A stretch of DNA of 63,766 bases, the filler included, from Reticulomyxa filosa (lineage: Eukaryota; Protista; Foraminifera), in the NCBI GenBank assembly GCA_000512085.1. It is 23 parts of 23 records of this genome, joined end to end, with 100 filler letters (N's around TTAATTAATTAA, not from the genome) between each part and the next. Parts side by side here need not be neighbours in the genome. Positions count along the whole stretch, not along the records: positions 46,690 to 51,015 come from ASPP01026393.1; positions 51,116 to 52,167 come from ASPP01008195.1; positions 52,268 to 53,793 come from ASPP01046251.1; positions 53,894 to 60,979 come from ASPP01005142.1; positions 61,080 to 62,495 come from ASPP01014435.1; 18 more parts are not named here. One strand, 5' to 3'. Every line of letters begins with the position of its first letter. Position 1 is the first letter of the stretch. Both the position numbers and the translations under genes were made by a program. The notes beneath the pieces were generated by a model that did no database searches, was not told where the DNA came from, and saw nothing but the letters and a program-made list of their open reading frames with translations. Positions 47,793 to 61,133 of the stretch are shown piece after piece.

Positions 47793-50700
47793 TAAACTAG
47801 TTTTTGTTTTTTTGAATATTTAGATTGGGCTAGTAATTAAAAATTAGACCACGTAATGCAATTCTCAAGTATTAATAAGGAAATAACTTGCTATAGCCTT
47901 TGTGTGTCGGACATTGTTTAAGTCTTAGAATAAGTGCGCTTTTGACACACAAACATATCAAATCACCATACTTTCTTAATTTTCAAGAGTGAAAGCAACT
48001 TACAAAAAACTTTAAACGTACGAGAAGACACATTAAAGACAAAAAAATAAAAAAAATGGAACCACTCCCTTTTTGAACGTCTTTTCTGTTGTCTAGTTTT
48101 ATCTCACATTTTCAACAGAATTTTAGTTTTGGTTACATTTCTGTATTTAGAACTGGTATTGAACGTTATTTTTCTTTTTCTAAAAAATGAAAATAATATT
48201 GATTTAAAGGACGCCAAAAGGGTTCAGTTCTATTTTTTAAATTTTTTTATCTATAATGCTCTGATTTGTCAACAAGTCGATTTTTGGTAACGTCTTTTGT
48301 TTTTTTTTTTCAATTAATTTTTTCAATTAAGAAATTTGAAAAATTTTGAAGAATATTTTAATTAATTATATCTATAAAAAGAGCACGATACTTGGTAACG
48401 ACAAGTTCGTCTCAAAACTTGGTAATCTCCTTTTTCACTTAACTTTTAACTAGCGTCCGCTGTACAGGCTCCAGATTTTAAATATTTATTTATTTTTAAG
48501 TTGATTAAATTATTGAAAATGTGATATTTTTTTACAAATTAATGAAAATACGTATTTCAATGTAAATGTAATCGTTCAAAGTTGAATTATTTTTTAAAAG
48601 AAGATTATTATCGCAAATGACAAGAAATTAAGAAATAAAAGTGATTGTATTCTTACGTGCCTGAAACAGTGAAAACTTTCTTGAAGAAATTTTGTCAAAC
48701 TTATGAACATTTGGAATTCTTAGTAGTGAATGATGTTTCAACTGACAAGATACTTTTTTCAGTTAAATCATTTCATAAACGAAATGAGAATTCAATGATG
48801 ACAAAAAAGAAGAGATCAAAATACGAATAATGTCAATAACAATAACAATTATACATCTGTTTGCATTTATGAAATACGGAATCTTTTACACGACATCCAG
48901 ACAATTTCGACAATGATTTGATTTAGTTATGATTTTATATCAATCATTTCAATATTTTTTACAGTAAAAATAGAAAATAGACTCTTTTGGAAAAATAAAC
49001 ATGAACATTTTCACGAAAGAATTCATTGATATATTCAAGACTTCTCCTCCACTGTTTTTTTAAATAAAAAACTGGTTTGGAACCTCAAATGAGGATATAC
49101 GATATACACCATCATCTACAGACTAGCCAAACATCTCGTGTCAAAAGGAGTGCTTTGCATGAGTTTAAAAGTTGAAGGTTGAACTTTTTCTCCCTTTTTT
49201 TTTGAAGTTATTACCTGTCGTCGTTCCTGTTCAAGTTGTTGGTGCTGTGATTACGAGTGATTGAGTGTTGATATCGTTCCGTCAAGTTAACTTAACTATT
49301 TTTCTTTTTTTTTGTTTTGTTTTGAAAAACTGAAAGTTTGGAGTGTGTAATAAAGTTGCGCATCAAATAAAATAGGACTAAGATTATATTCGCAGTGGAG
49401 ATAGCAATTGTGGATTCCTGGTTATTTGAATTGTTGTGCGTCCCAGTGTTTCAAGAAGTCAGCTATCGGCGCACTTTTAAAAATTATTTTCGTTGCGATC
49501 AATAATCGCAACAAACAACACTGTAGGCAAGCCGATGATAACGAGCAGCTACAACGTATTCAATCATCAAATGTTTATCATTTTTCAATGTATTCTGAAA
49601 CAGAGAATACAAAAAAAAAGAAACAACAAACTCTATTAAAAGAAATTGAATAGTGAGCATAAGACATAGCCTTTTAATTAGGGTCTTATGTGATGTATTG
49701 CATATTTTATTTTTGCTCTTGCCTTTTTTGTCTTCACGAATTAAAGTGTACCATTCTGAAAGATTTTAGCTTTCCAGCTTAGTAGGTCAATTTTGTAAAA
49801 ATTTGCAACGGACAAATATCACTATTGTAAGACTTTTTCATGTTTTTTTCATCAGAAAGACTTTTTTTGTTACATTTTCTTTTCTTTGTTGTTTGCATTG
49901 ACGATAATGATGGTTGGATAAACAAACAACAAAACAGACCTTCGATTTTCAATTTTGACGACCGCTAAAGGACTTGAACGCATGTGCTTATTTCTATTGA
50001 TTATATCCGATGTGTGGATAGCAAGTTCAAGTTTTGTTGTATATGCATAATTTGATCACAGAATAAACTAACTAAAATATGCAATTATGGAATGTTGCCA
50101 GATAAAATGGAAATAGCGATATTTCATGCAATATACTATGCACATTTGTTGTATGGTATTGGCAACATTTTTGAATACAATGTATTAGCACGTTTGTATA
50201 CAATGACTTCTCCGACATGTTTGACAATTAGTTCTCTTTGATTACTTATTTCCCTTTTGATATTCACACATACATGCAATTATTACATTGCGCACGTAGT
50301 TCGTGTGAAATGGTTTACGTACTTTTTAGTATACAATGTTTCTGCTAGTATTAACTTACTTTTTTTTCTTTTTTGCCGAACAACACTTTTTTTAACTTAT
50401 AACAATTTTTTTTGTATGTACTGACCAATACAGGAATATTCGATTTGGAATTAATGATAATGACTTATATAATCATTATAATAAGTACTAACATTCACTC
50501 ATCGAGAAATTTTTATTTTACTACAATAGCTCCGCTTTCGATAGGCATCTCTACATTGGATCGAATGATAAAATTACTTGATAAAAATTCACACAAAAAA
50601 GCAGTTGATGACTTGAAGCTTACGTGAGATCTCATCAACATTGTACCGGTTATCAAATCTATTTGATAAAAGCCACAAGCGTTGAACTAGAAATTAAATG

Positions 50701-51118
50701 GTAAATATTTTTATTATATACACATTGTAAAAAATGTACAAACTTCATCAGCACTTGGAACATGGAATTATAATTCTTTTTTGGTACGTATGTACAGTAA
50801 TTATTTAAAAACACTTATGTATGTACATAATTTTTTTTTTGCCTGATAGTGAACAGAAAATTATTGTCAAAGACTAGTAATGCAATAGCAATTACTTATT
50901 TTAAAAAATTTAGTTATGAAGTGATTTGTTGCAATATGAAGTGCAACATTGCAAAAAAAATGTGTTTGATTTATTGTTTCATTATATTCCATCCGCTGTT
51001 TTTTGCTGTGGTGTTNNNNNNNNNNNNNNNNNNNNNNNNNNNNNNNNNNNNNNNNNNNNTTAATTAATTAANNNNNNNNNNNNNNNNNNNNNNNNNNNNN
51101 NNNNNNNNNNNNNNNTTA

Positions 51119-52148
51119 TCGTACTAAATACTCATTTCCTTTTTTTTTTTTTTTTTTTTGCGTGCATACATATAGTCATATTAAGTTTTTTTCAAAAAAA
51201 AAAAAAAAGACACACCAGTGTGCCAACCAACCCACCGTCCGAGGGATAGCAAACAGAACAGTGAAAAAATCGGTTGGGAACCCGAGCGCTTTGTAAATAA
51301 GTCCGGAATAGAAATCGATGTTTGGATACAAGTTTCGCTTGACAAAATAGGGATCATGCAAAGCAGTTTTTTCGAGGTCTTCGGCGATTTCGATTAAGGG
51401 TTCCCTGCCGACAATTGAAAACACTTGGTCAGCTATTTTGCGAACGACTACAGCTCTGGGGTCGTACGCCTTGTATACGCGGTGTCCAAACCCCATTAGT
51501 TCGCTTTCTTCGCTTTGACTTTTTCAATAAATCCGGGCACATTCTTTCGGTCGCCAATACTCTCAAGCATTCGTAATACCGCCTCACTCGCCCCTCCATG
51601 TAAAGGACCGTACAACGCGCCGATAGAACCGGCCAAAGCAGTGTATACGTCCACACCTTTTTTGTTTTTTTTTTTAAATAAAAAAATCAATACGTATAAA
51701 TATATAAATAAATAATTTTTTTTTTTAGTGTGCCCCCCCCCCTTTATTCATTTTTTTTTTTAAATTAAAAATAAATAAATAAATACACACAACAAACAGA
51801 TGAAGTGGCTTTACCAGATGAGGCCAAATGTCTCATCGCGGCAGTGGAGCAATTGAGCTCGTGGTCGGCGTGCAGTATGAAGAGCACTTCCAACGCCCTC
51901 GCCAAGGCCGGATGAGGCTTGTACGAGTCGTTGCTGTAGCGGTCGAGCATGTACAAGAACTGCTGCGTGTAAGTCAGTTTTTGATGGCTCGGGTACACGT
52001 ACGGACGGCCTTGTCTATGGCGGTACGCAAAAGCGGCAAGCGTGGGCATTACTCCGATCAATCGATGAATTTGTTTATTTCGAACTTTTCGATCGTTGTA
52101 TACATCCGATCCTGACAATGATGGATTGGCTTCAGGATGCACCGTACC
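51119..52148 (-). CDS. Citrate synthase, peroxisomal/glyoxysomal (bacterial-like) type, internal fragment
   Basis: [24 protein letters not shown]|[64 protein letters not shown]; frameshift at ~51496-51501. Confidence 0.95.
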
Positions 52149-52599
52149 TTTTTTTTTTTTTTTAAAANNNNNNNNNNNNNNNNNNNNNNNNNNNNNNNNN
52201 NNNNNNNNNNNTTAATTAATTAANNNNNNNNNNNNNNNNNNNNNNNNNNNNNNNNNNNNNNNNNNNNATCTTTAAGGTTATTTTTTTAAATTAACAGTAA
52301 CACCTTTGTATTTGCGTTTTTTTTGTCATTTAACAAGAAAAAAATAAATCATTGCTTATTACTTGGATCATTTTGATCAAGGCAAAGATTATGCATACGA
52401 TATTAGACCATTGAATATAGTGATATAATTGCATTTACACAAATTTCAATATATTTTTCATCATCCAGATATCCATTCACATATCATCGATTAAATTACA
52501 TTTTTTGTGTATTTCTACAGAAATTTCAAGTATTGTTATAAAATGTTATAAACAGAGTTTTTGGGAACAGATTTTTTCCTATATATTTATTTTTAAAAT

Positions 52600-53360
52600 A
52601 TTGGGGAAATTGAATGAAAAACAATTGGATGATGTTTTAGAATTGTTGATGGATGGGCTTGGTGACAACTACAAAGATATTCACATTAAGTGTGCAAAAT
52701 TACTTGCAAAATGGAATTGCTTAAATGAGAGACAATTGAATAATGCCTTTGACGATGGAAAAAATCAAATTTGTGATAAATGTATACATACACTTGCAAT
52801 GCTTTCATTACAATTGGGAGGAAAACAATTAGATAATATCTTCCAATATTTGATCAATAGATTTATGTATATTTACGAACATTTACCACATTTACTTGAA
52901 ACAATTGCGATGAAATTAAGTGAACAAACAAGTCGATGCTATCTTCAAGTGTTTGATCAATGAACTCAAAAATAACAATAGATGTATTCGTTATTTCTGT
53001 GTAAAATCTATTAGATATCTCACAATAAAATTAAATAAAGGACATTTGAGTGATTCTTTCCAACACTTGATCAATGTATTAAAAGATAAAAGTAGATCAT
53101 GTGTAAAAGTACTTGGACATATTTCAGTGAAATTGAATGAGAGGCAATTGGAGGAAACTTTCAACGCATTCATAAAATTTTTGAACACAATCAATTGAAA
53201 AAATATCTGTTGTTTGGGAATATGAAAAAAGAAATCAGAATTATTTGCATTTGATTTGCTGACATATAATCCTCGTATCCCAATTGAATTGCAATAATGA
53301 TAATATCATTTTGGATACCATTGAATGAGTTAATAAATTATTGTAATAAACAGACCAGTG
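52600..53360 (+). pseudogene. HEAT/PBS-lyase-like repeat protein (expanded family), frame-disrupted
   Basis: Repeats of KLNEKQLDDV...L..GL.D....R..C...L..I across broken frames. Confidence 0.7.
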
Positions 53361-53893
53361 GATGGGATTACTCATGTCATCAATCAAAATGAAATTTTAT
53401 TGTAATAATGAAGATATTGCATATCCTTGCTCGAATAATAATGCTCTCCACCATTTAAAAAATGAAAATTCATGCAATGGTCATTACACTGTTCTGTTTT
53501 TCATAAAGCAGCATGCAATGATTATAGTAAATAAAAAAAGATTTGATGAAGAATGGCTTGAATATTTTTATTATTTGAAATATGTATCCAATTGAAAAAA
53601 AAAATAAATTGTATTCGATTGCCAAGAGATACAATATTTGAATAAGTATATGAAAAAGGAATGAAAGAATTGCAAGTGCAATTGATAACTTTATTGGGAT
53701 TATGTTATCACTGACGAACTTAAATATAAATATCCAGATTTGATTGAATATTGGAGTTGCAATGTGGTGGATCATTTGATGAATATGAAATCANNNNNNN
53801 NNNNNNNNNNNNNNNNNNNNNNNNNNNNNNNNNNNNNTTAATTAATTAANNNNNNNNNNNNNNNNNNNNNNNNNNNNNNNNNNNNNNNNNNNN

Positions 53894-56800
53894 CAAAACT
53901 CGTGGCGCGACTACACTTGCAATGGAGGCAACAACATCGTGAATCCCCATTGGCTGCTCTTGCCGGACTTGAAGAAGGTGAATGCCATGGACGCCTCGTT
54001 CCATGCCACTTTGGTCCGTCACTGCCAAGTCTATGCGTCCGAGGACGAGCCAGACGTCGCCGTCAAAGAGTTGCGACAGTACATTTACAAGCATATCACC
54101 GGCATTTACTGTGATCAACATCACCCCTTTGGTTCGGTTGTTTTGATTCATTTCAATACTTGATTTCGTTGTTGTTGTTGTTATTTTGTAATATACATAT
54201 ATATATATATATATATACTATATATATTATTTTATTTTTTTTTTTTGTAGGTAATATATTACATCAAATTGGAGAACATCTCGGCTACTTGGTGTTAACG
54301 ATTCGGAGAGAGGTGGAGGAGTACAATCGTGAGAAGGAGAACGACGATGAAAGCGACTCGAAAGAGGCCTTTACAAGGAAGAACCATGGATTTCCTGGCC
54401 ACACGTCGTTTCTGTTTTCGAATATGGAGACGTCCATTGGCTTGAACATGAACGAAACGATGCGGAAAATGGTCACGTTTTTGAAAACTTATTTGCAAGC
54501 GCAGCAGACCTATGTGCTGCGCGCGTATCCCCACATTGGCAAATCACGTGCTTGTGATATTGTAAATATCGCGATCAGCGATGCCGTGTTGGCTTGTCTT
54601 CATGATGAGTTAATCAATTTGTATGATTTGGTGTTTGAATGGAATGATGAAAAGTTTGAATTGGATGTAATCAAGTTACGCAATGTCGATTCGTCCTCGT
54701 CTTTGTCCACAAGTAAGGATGCCAAAGGAGCCGCTATGCTATCTCTTGACAACATGAACTTTTTTGGAATTAGCAAAGAGTTGCAAAATCCATGTCGTTT
54801 GTATCACAATCCTGTCGACGGCTCCCATGACCGGTTCACGGATGACATAGATTGCAACGCATTGCCGAATTGCGCATGGATGCGTGCATATCAAAGTCCC
54901 ACCCAAGCTCAAGCTCAAGCTCAAGCTCAAGCTCAGGGTAAACACGCTCGCAAACACACTCCCTCTTCGACGCAGGGAGGTAGCAATTGGATCCACGATC
55001 ACATTCAATTCGATGAGTGCTACTTTGCCAAAGGGGGGTTGGATGACTGTGCGAAAACGATGCGAGCAACGCCGTTCAAAATAAGTCCGACCACTGCGTC
55101 CCCCTTACAAACACGCAAGCAAGAAAAGAACAAAGAGACAAAAGAACAGCAAGTCAAACAAGAAAAAGAAAAAAAAAAAGAAGAAAAAGAAGTAGAAGAA
55201 GAACAAAAACAAACACAAAACGATTTGGAATGGACTCACAAACCCAAAGCATATCTCGAGTATGACAACGAATCCCCAGCCTATCAGCAGATGATTGACA
55301 TGTTTGACGAGTTGGTTGAACTGAAAGTGCTTAGTGACAAATTCGAATTGCTTATTCAAATCTTCCATTTGATACCCTACTGTCTGCACAATTTGTACAA
55401 CACCTTCATCACCACCGACGACTTATCGCCATCTTGTCCTATTGCTTGTCGCGCACCAAAAGCAGCAAAATCACCGCAAACTTTCGACTGTTGGCTGACT
55501 TTATTGATGACAAATCGTGTTACGTTATTGTTATTATTATTTTTTTTTTTTTTCTTTATTGCCCCATCTTTGTTTTTGTTTTTGTTTAAAATGTTAAAAG
55601 ATGTATGCGTGTCTATGTGCATGTGGTATGTATGGTATGCGAAATAGCGTTGGGAGAACGTGGATTTGCTATAACCACATTCCAATGTTGCTACGCATAT
55701 TTGCGAAGCCTGTGCAAGACGCAGCTGTCAAAGTCGGAGCGCGAAAAGCAAAAGCGGAAAAGGGAGCATCGAGCCAAGCTGCGCAGACAGCAACTCTCGC
55801 AGCATCAGCGGCGTGAAAAGTTGTGGTCTCGACGGGCGAACCAAACCAACGCCCGCAAGAGTGTATGCATGTCGCATTCGTCCAGGGACTCATCGAGCAA
55901 CAATGCGACAGCAGATGGCTCTGCTGTCGTCGGCGTTCCCTCGGGCAAAGAAGTACAAGATCTGTCCAAGACTGCCAGTCGGAATCAAAGGCCAGGTGAA
56001 TCCATTCTGCATTCGAGCGGAGGCACAGACTGGGTCGAGGGCCAATTGTCGTCGGAAGTTCATTTGAATACGCCAACATCAATAGATCATCCGCATTCGC
56101 ATTCACATTCTCATCCTCTCCAACTTCATCACAACGGCGAAGAAAGTCAGCGTGACATGACCAATCATCGTGCTGTCGTTGTTGTTGTCGATGTCGATGT
56201 CGATGTCGATGTCGATGTCAATGTCGATGTCAATGTCGATGACAAGAAAACAAACGAAAAGATAGGCCAGAAATGCTGCGCGTGCTCGTGTCATGACGCG
56301 AATAAAGTAAATGGAAATGACAATGCTCACTCGAATTCGAATACCTTGCTTTCGCTCCCAAATGCGGGCAAGCCGCCGCTTTGGGGCGACTTCCACGTCG
56401 ATCATAGCGAGGTGGAATCGAGTCTAAGCAAGAGTATTCACACCGGAGATGAGTCTGAAGAAACCATCAATGAAAGACATTCGGGTCAAAAAGCTTACTC
56501 AAAGCAACAATTGCAATCACAACAACAACAGCAACAACAACAACAACAACAACAACGGCAGCAATCACATTACAAACATTTGAACGAAAAAGAAGAGAGC
56601 TTGTCGTTGTTAGCCAATGACGAGCCTTTCAACGTACATACCTGGTGCTTCTTAGTCACACCCATCCCTCAATCCTATCAACTCTATACCAAAATCATTG
56701 AACGCTTGGAAAGAGAATTGATCAAATATTCTGACCCGTCTAGAATCAAACAAGATGGATGGCAGTTTGAATCTTTTTATCGCATATACACATATACATA

Positions 56801-57720
56801 TATACATATACATATATACATATATATGTGTGTATATATATTCACACAATATCTTTTCTTGTCGTTCATATTATGTATTTGGATTTATACTTCCCTCTCC
56901 CCTCCGTCCTTGGACTTTGGCTGTAGGTTTATCCATGAGAAAAAAAAAATAAGCAATACACACAAGAAGCGATGTACTTGACTCGGCGACGTGTGTGAAA
57001 GGATTTGGAATCATTGACGAACCTGTCCATGTCATTGCCAGGTTTTTGAATGATCATTCACAACGGCGGAATTACGACACGAGTCTTTGTGGCGCAAACA
57101 TTGTGGAGTGCTTGCAAGGAGGAGCCATTCAGGTCCTACATTTGCAATTCAAAGCCACCAACTGGGTCGTTAACAGCGCCAAACGAGATTTTTGCCTATT
57201 GCGGGCTTACAAAATACTGGCTGATGGAACGCATATCATCATGGCTCAAAGCATCGGCCATGCTGGCTGTCCTGAAGATCCAAATTATATTCGATGTTTG
57301 TATTGCACATTATAATACACAACATATATGTACATATATGCATACATAATGTATTCATATGAAATGTATTTACATTTGTTCTGGTGTCTAAATGGACATA
57401 GCTCATCTTTTTGTGGGTGGATGGATCATTCGGCCGTTGGCCGACGATCGCAATCAGTCTGACGTCACATATGTGTATCATTGTGACATGGGAGGCAGTA
57501 TTCCTAATTTTGTTCGAGTTACTTGTTGACATACTAAAAAGTCCAGGCGCAAAAAATATATATATATATAAATTTTTCTATGTTCTTCATGTTCATCAAC
57601 ATCCATATATTTGTTTGTGCGAATAAAAAAAAAAAGAACGTGATGTCTGAAAGACAGCCCATGATCATTGACGGGGTGCGAACATGTTTAGCAAAACTGC
57701 GAGAAAAGTCGGTGAAGTGA
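53894..57720 (+). CDS. VPS9 (Rab5-family GEF) domain plus C-terminal START lipid-binding domain protein (5' partial)
   Basis: VPS9: KFELLIQIFHLI..ITTDDL(frameshift)AILSYCL..FIDDK|ALGERGFAITTFQCCYAYL. START: VKGFGIIDEP..RRNYD..KRDFCLLR..SIGHAGCPED..GGWIIRP..VTYVYHCDMGGSIPNFV|NVMSERQPMII; stop 57718-57720. Confidence 0.82.
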
Positions 57721-58615
57721 CCAGACCGATGATCATTGCAAACTTGAGAAACCTTTGCATGATTGAATTGCCAAAGAAACTCTTTATTACCACACTACAA
57801 CACATTGTCTCTCTCTTCCGTCAAATTGTTCACAAGCAGTCAAAAGAAAGAAACAACCAAACAATAAAAACACGAATCGAAAAAAAAAACTCTTGGCTGA
57901 AACGAAGTTTTTCGTAGCTCCAAGTTTCATATTATTTTCTTGGAAAGTGTCAATCATATGTAATCCAATGATGAAAATTACTCATTTTTTTTGTTTTTGT
58001 TTTTCTTGATCTTTCTTTCTTTGTTTGTTTTAATGTTGTTAATATTCTCGTCTTCAACTGGTATTACTTTCGATTTAGTCCATCACAAAAAAAAAGATCA
58101 ATATGTGGTCATACATACCATGTTACACGTTTTTGCTAGTTATGCGATCGTTGGGTGGAGTAAAATTTTAATTTTTATTACATTATTTGTTAGCAAGCCT
58201 CATTGTTTTTGTTGTTTTTGCGAAAGGTTGAATTTACTTGAAATCAACATTTTCAACAAGTTGGAGTTACATGCACTAATTTCAAAATATAATGGATTAA
58301 TATTTTTTTCCGCACTATTCTCGTCTTAATCTTCCTAAAATTCGATTATCACTATATTATGGACTTAATCATTTTGTATGCAAAGAAAAGTGGTATGGTC
58401 CATTCATGATGGTATTTGTTATTCAAATTTACAAAAAAAAGAAATAACAAACTGATAAATCTCTGACAAAAAAAGACACCACGCACATTGCAACCGTGCC
58501 TCATCTTTGATCTGAAATGAAAACGAAAGAAGAAAGTAGTAGCATTTTTGCTGAGATAAACTTTCTTCCTTTTCCCTCCCCTCATGATCCCCTAACATTT
58601 GCATTGCCAAGTCGG

Positions 58616-59787
58616 TCAATAAGTCCACGTGGCAATAATATCAATGACATCAATAGGAATTGATTTATTGTTTAAACTTGCCACTGTCTTGATAATCATA
58701 GTATGCAAAGAATTTTTCATTTGTTCGATAATCTCCGTGTTAATTTTATTGCGAGCGTGGTCCAACACATTTTTTTCAGTCGAGTCCAACAACCAAAGAT
58801 GACACTCATGTGCCAACAATAGTTTACAAATATTATCGAATTTTTTATGTGCCGCCATCATTATGCACGTTTTTTTGGTCTCCGGCTTTTTTTTTTTTTT
58901 TTGAAAGGATCTTATAAAGCAAAAAAAAAAAAAATCGATGAAAAAAAATAGACAAACCTGGGTACGATTAATATCCGGTCTAGGTACATGAGCCAATAAC
59001 AGATCAACAATTTCGCTGGAACCTTTGGTACATGCACGCATAATAACCGTCATTCCGCTCTATATTTTGTGAATAAGCTAGTTTTTTTTTTAAATTTGCG
59101 CAGGTGATTTTTAAAAATTAACTTTAGTCGCACATTCAACATCACAATTGGTATGACGCAACAAATATTCGATCACTTCTTTGTGACCGTTTTCCACAGC
59201 AGCAAACAAAGGCGATTTACCTTCTTTGTTTGTTTGATTAACATTACATGGAATCAAATAAAACGCGTCCGATGGATTCAGATCTGTCGATAGCAGCAGC
59301 TTTACAATTTCCAGTTCTCCTTTTTGACATGCATAAAACAATGCTGTCCCGCCATCGTTGTCTTGGAGATTTTTTTTTGCACTTGGGGTATTCAACAGTA
59401 ATAGATTTACCATTTGTACTTTTCCTTTTTTTTTTTTGGTTTGTTTTTGATTAGTTGCGATTAACACTTAGGCTCTTTTTTTGACGTACCTTTAATACAG
59501 CACTCAATAAGTGGAGTACGATTAATTTGATCCTGAAGGTTTGGATCGGCACCACGGCGAAGTACTTTCGTCACAAATTCTGGTTCATCCACTTGGCATG
59601 CCATACTTAATATACTGCGCAATGGCTTCACTTTTGTGTTATTTACATCAACTGTTGGCAATATTTGCTCGAATTTTTCTAAGTCTCCGTTTATCATACA
59701 CGCAAATAAGTCCTGCTTTTTGCGCTCTTCTGGAGATATTTCCTCGTTTTCCCGTTTTAGGCTATAAAACGATTGCTCTACAGACAT
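58616..59787 (-). CDS. Ankyrin repeat protein, four exons, complete
   Basis: GADPNLQDQINRTPLI, GGTALFYACQKG, GKSPLFAAVENGH, GMTVIMRAC, KTCIMMAA; introns include 58886-58957. Confidence 0.9.
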
Positions 59788-61079
59788 TTTTCTCTCTACA
59801 GACGATATTCAAATAAAAACAGTAAGTTCAATTCAACAAAAAAACCAAAAATCACACGTATTCGGAAAAAAGAAACTAAATATTTTAAAAAAAAATTAAG
59901 AAAAAACAAATTACAAAAGTTTAGATATGCAGGCATAAATGCGCCACCACATTTAATTTTTTAATATAATTTTACCTTTTTTTATTTTTTAACATAAAAG
60001 AAAGTTAACACACAAAACAATATCGTATAGGACTATTGATTTCTTCATGAAGAATCAATATTTAATTAAAATTTTAAATATTTACATATCACGTAACTTT
60101 TAAATATGATTTTGATTTTTTATTATGTACTTTTAAAAAATGAGACTTTTATCTTCGTAGTTTTGAACAATCCAAAACTCAAAGTTTAGCTTTTTGAAAT
60201 TTTTTTGTGAAATTTGCATTTTATCTTTAAAAATTTATTTAATGTTAAATTTTTTTATTTTTTTTTGTTATTTCGCATGTTTTTTTAATTTAATTTTTTT
60301 CTGCATTTACTCAAGTGTATGTTGTAACTTTTTTTTTGTTCTAAAAAAAAGGTTGTTGAATGTAAGAAAATGATGTAACAAGTCAAACGCGCTAGAAACA
60401 ATATAGCTTGCACCAATTGCGTTACAATTCAAAACTGTTAGCAAATGAAAAGAATATATTTCACGCTACAATGGGGTCAAAAGAAAAAGACACAAAGCTA
60501 GAATAAAGACAAAATGAAAACTGTTATATCATAGAAGGCATTCAAGTTGCGTGAAAATATCAAAAAAAGACAGTCACATAATTTGAAGAAACTGAATAAG
60601 AAGAAGACAAAGATTATTGTAATTAATGTGAATAATTATGATAATTTTTTTGTTTATTTTAGGCTATTTATGCAATTCAGTATATGCTAGTCCAAACAAG
60701 TACACAGTCACAAACATGCATCTGCGGCCAGTGGCCAGATAGTAAGTGTAAAGTTAGTAAACTTAAATTAAATTTTAAAAAACAAATCTTATCATATTCA
60801 GGCAACCACAAAAAATTTTTTTAAAGTAAATGAAAGAATAAAATTTTGAAAAAATTGTAAAGACTTAATAAAAAACTAAATTCAAAATGATATTTAAAAA
60901 CTACACGATTCGTAGATATTTTTTTAAATAAAAACAAAATTTTGATTAAATGTTGTTTTTTCATGGAGAAACAAAATAANNNNNNNNNNNNNNNNNNNNN
61001 NNNNNNNNNNNNNNNNNNNNNNNTTAATTAATTAANNNNNNNNNNNNNNNNNNNNNNNNNNNNNNNNNNNNNNNNNNNN

Positions 61080-61120
<41 letters not shown>

Positions 61121-61133
61121 TTATTTTATTTTT

